Source of the DNA: Escherichia coli O157:H7
GTDB lineage: Bacteria; Pseudomonadota; Gammaproteobacteria; Enterobacterales; Enterobacteriaceae
Assembly: GCF_013167455.1 (NCBI RefSeq)
Contig: NZ_CP038328.1
Strand: one strand, 5' to 3'
Length of the DNA stretch: 64,000 bases
Shown here in pieces: positions 62,693 through 64,000 of the stretch. Made by a program: the position numbers and the translations under genes. A model generated the notes under the pieces. That model ran no database searches and was not told where the DNA came from. It was given only the letters and a program-made list of their open reading frames with translations. Numbering within the stretch: the first letter of the stretch is position 1; the number at the start of each line of letters is the position of its first letter.

Positions 62693-62740
62693 GAGAAAGG
62701 TAACTTCCCTCTCGCGGGGGAAGTTACCTTTCTTTTTTTT
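62693..62740 (+). terminator. Strong intrinsic-terminator-like hairpin about 25 nt upstream of ygcW start
   Basis: GAAAGGTAACTTCCC-TCTCGCGG-GGGAAGTTACCTTTC (15-bp perfect stem) followed by T10. Confidence 0.6.
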
Positions 62741-62765
62741 TGCCTTACGGAAATTGGAGCTAACT

Positions 62766-63551
62766 ATGTCAATCGAATCTCTCAATGCGTTCTCAATGGA
62801 TTTTTTCTCCCTGAAAGGTAAAACCGCAATTGTTACCGGCGGGAATAGCGGTTTAGGCCAGGCATTTGCCATGGCGTTGGCCAAAGCAGGCGCAAATGTC
62901 TTTATTCCAAGTTTTGTCAAAGATAACGGCGAAACAAAGGAAATGATTGAAAATCAGGGTGTTGAGGTGGACTTCATGCAGGTGGATATCACCGCAGAAG
63001 GCGCGCCGCAGAAGATTATCGCTGCCTGCTGTGAGCGTTTCGGTACAGTTGATATTCTGGTTAACAATGCCGGTATTTGTAAGCTGAATAAGGTGCTGGA
63101 CTTCGGTCGTGCCGACTGGGACCCGATGATTGATGTGAACCTGACCGCCGCATTCGAGTTAAGCTACGAAGCGGCAAAAATTATGATCCCGCAGAAAAGC
63201 GGTAAAATCATTAATATCTGTTCATTGTTCTCTTACTTAGGTGGACAATGGTCACCTGCATATTCTGCTACTAAACATGCTCTTGCCGGATTCACCAAAG
63301 CTTATTGTGATGAACTAGGTCAATATAATATTCAGGTAAATGGTATCGCCCCTGGCTATTATGCAACAGACATTACGCTGGCGACACGCAGTAATCCAGA
63401 AACCAATCAGCGCGTTCTTGATCATATTCCGGCAAACCGTTGGGGCGATACTCAGGATTTAATGGGCGCAGCCGTGTTTCTCGCAAGTCAGGCATCGAAT
63501 TATGTCAACGGGCATTTATTAGTGGTCGATGGCGGTTATTTAGTGCGCTAA
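62766..63551 (+). CDS. ygcW: Short-chain dehydrogenase/reductase (KduD-like)
   Basis: 261-aa protein from ATG 62766 (MSIESLNAF..) with GGAG upstream; SDR motif TGGNSGLG; ORF-track start 62691 reads through the terminator hairpin. Confidence 0.88.
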   Translation: MSIESLNAFSMDFFSLKGKTAIVTGGNSGLGQAFAMALAKAGANVFIPSFVKDNGETKEMIENQGVEVDFMQVDITAEGAPQKIIAACCERFGTVDILVNNAGICKLNKVLDFGRADWDPMIDVNLTAAFELSYEAAKIMIPQKSGKIINICSLFSYLGGQWSPAYSATKHALAGFTKAYCDELGQYNIQVNGIAPGYYATDITLATRSNPETNQRVLDHIPANRWGDTQDLMGAAVFLASQASNYVNGHLLVVDGGYLVR

Positions 63552-63620
63552 CCCATAACGGTGGTTTCTGTTTTCTCTTATTAATGATTATTCCATTTTT
63601 ATTATCAGGAAGGAATTACT

Positions 63621-64000
63621 ATGTCTTTATCTCGCGCAGCGATTGTCGACCAGCTAAAGGAAATTGTTGGTGCAGATCGCGTAATTACCGATGAAACAGT
63701 ATTAAAGAAGAACAGTATTGACCGTTTTCGTAAATTTCCGGATATTCATGGCATTTATACTTTGCCGATTCCGGCAGCGGTCGTAAAACTCGGTTCCACA
63801 GAGCAAGTATCCCGTGTGCTGAATTTTATGAATGCGCACAAAATTAACGGTGTGCCGCGTACCGGTGCTTCCGCCACCGAAGGTGGGCTGGAAACTGTTG
63901 TAGAAAACTCGGTGGTGCTCGACGGTTCCGCCATGAATCAAATCATTAATATTGATATTGAGAATATGCAGGCGACGGCGCAATGTGGTGTTCCGCTGGA
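63621..64000 (+). CDS. ygcU: Putative FAD-linked oxidoreductase, N-terminal part (3' end beyond window)
   Basis: ATG 63621, open to window end; my own translation MSLSRAAIVDQLKEIVGADRVITDETVLKKNSIDRF..; absent from ORF track because it has no stop in the window. Confidence 0.75.
   Translation, partial: MSLSRAAIVDQLKEIVGADRVITDETVLKKNSIDRFRKFPDIHGIYTLPIPAAVVKLGSTEQVSRVLNFMNAHKINGVPRTGASATEGGLETVVENSVVLDGSAMNQIINIDIENMQATAQCGVPL

Noticed and set aside
62691-62765. N-terminal extension of ygcW (MRKVTSLSRGKLPFFFFALRKLELT)
   Set aside because: It is the translation of the terminator hairpin and its T10 run (poly-Phe); the downstream ATG at 62766 has a proper GGAG ribosome-binding site.

Overview
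This 64-kb window reads as ordinary enterobacterial core chromosome, and I recognise it as Escherichia coli: the gene order recC-ptrA-recB-recD / argA / amiC / three tRNA-fMet / mltA / tcdA-csdE-csdA / ygdI / gcvB-gcvA / ygdD-rlmM / fucRUKIP-fucAO / xni / sdaBC / ppnN / queF / syd / csrB / yqcC-truC-yqcA / gudPXD / barA / rlmD-relA-mazEFG-pyrG-eno / lemA-TPM cluster / queE / orphan CRISPR repeats / ygcE-yqcE-ygcW-ygcU, in reverse orientation to the K-12 map. All calls come from reading the supplied ORF translations and the DNA by eye; no database search was run. I found no transposase, integrase, phage or plasmid genes and no cas genes, and I do not see a convincing novel multi-gene system. 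The least characterised biology is (i) a four-gene minus-strand cluster of a LemA-family gene plus three tandem TPM-domain paralogs between eno and queE, (ii) two short orphan type I-E CRISPR repeat clusters in an AT-rich spacer, (iii) a CRP-site/terminator-hairpin leader in front of ygcW, and (iv) a long hairpin in the yqcA 3' region. Three genes carry apparent inactivating lesions in this sequence (gudX in-frame TAG, third TPM gene in-frame TGA, lemA +1 frameshift in a T-run); these are either strain-specific pseudogenes or sequence errors. Several ORF-track entries are N-terminally over-extended or antisense artefacts and are corrected or rejected below.
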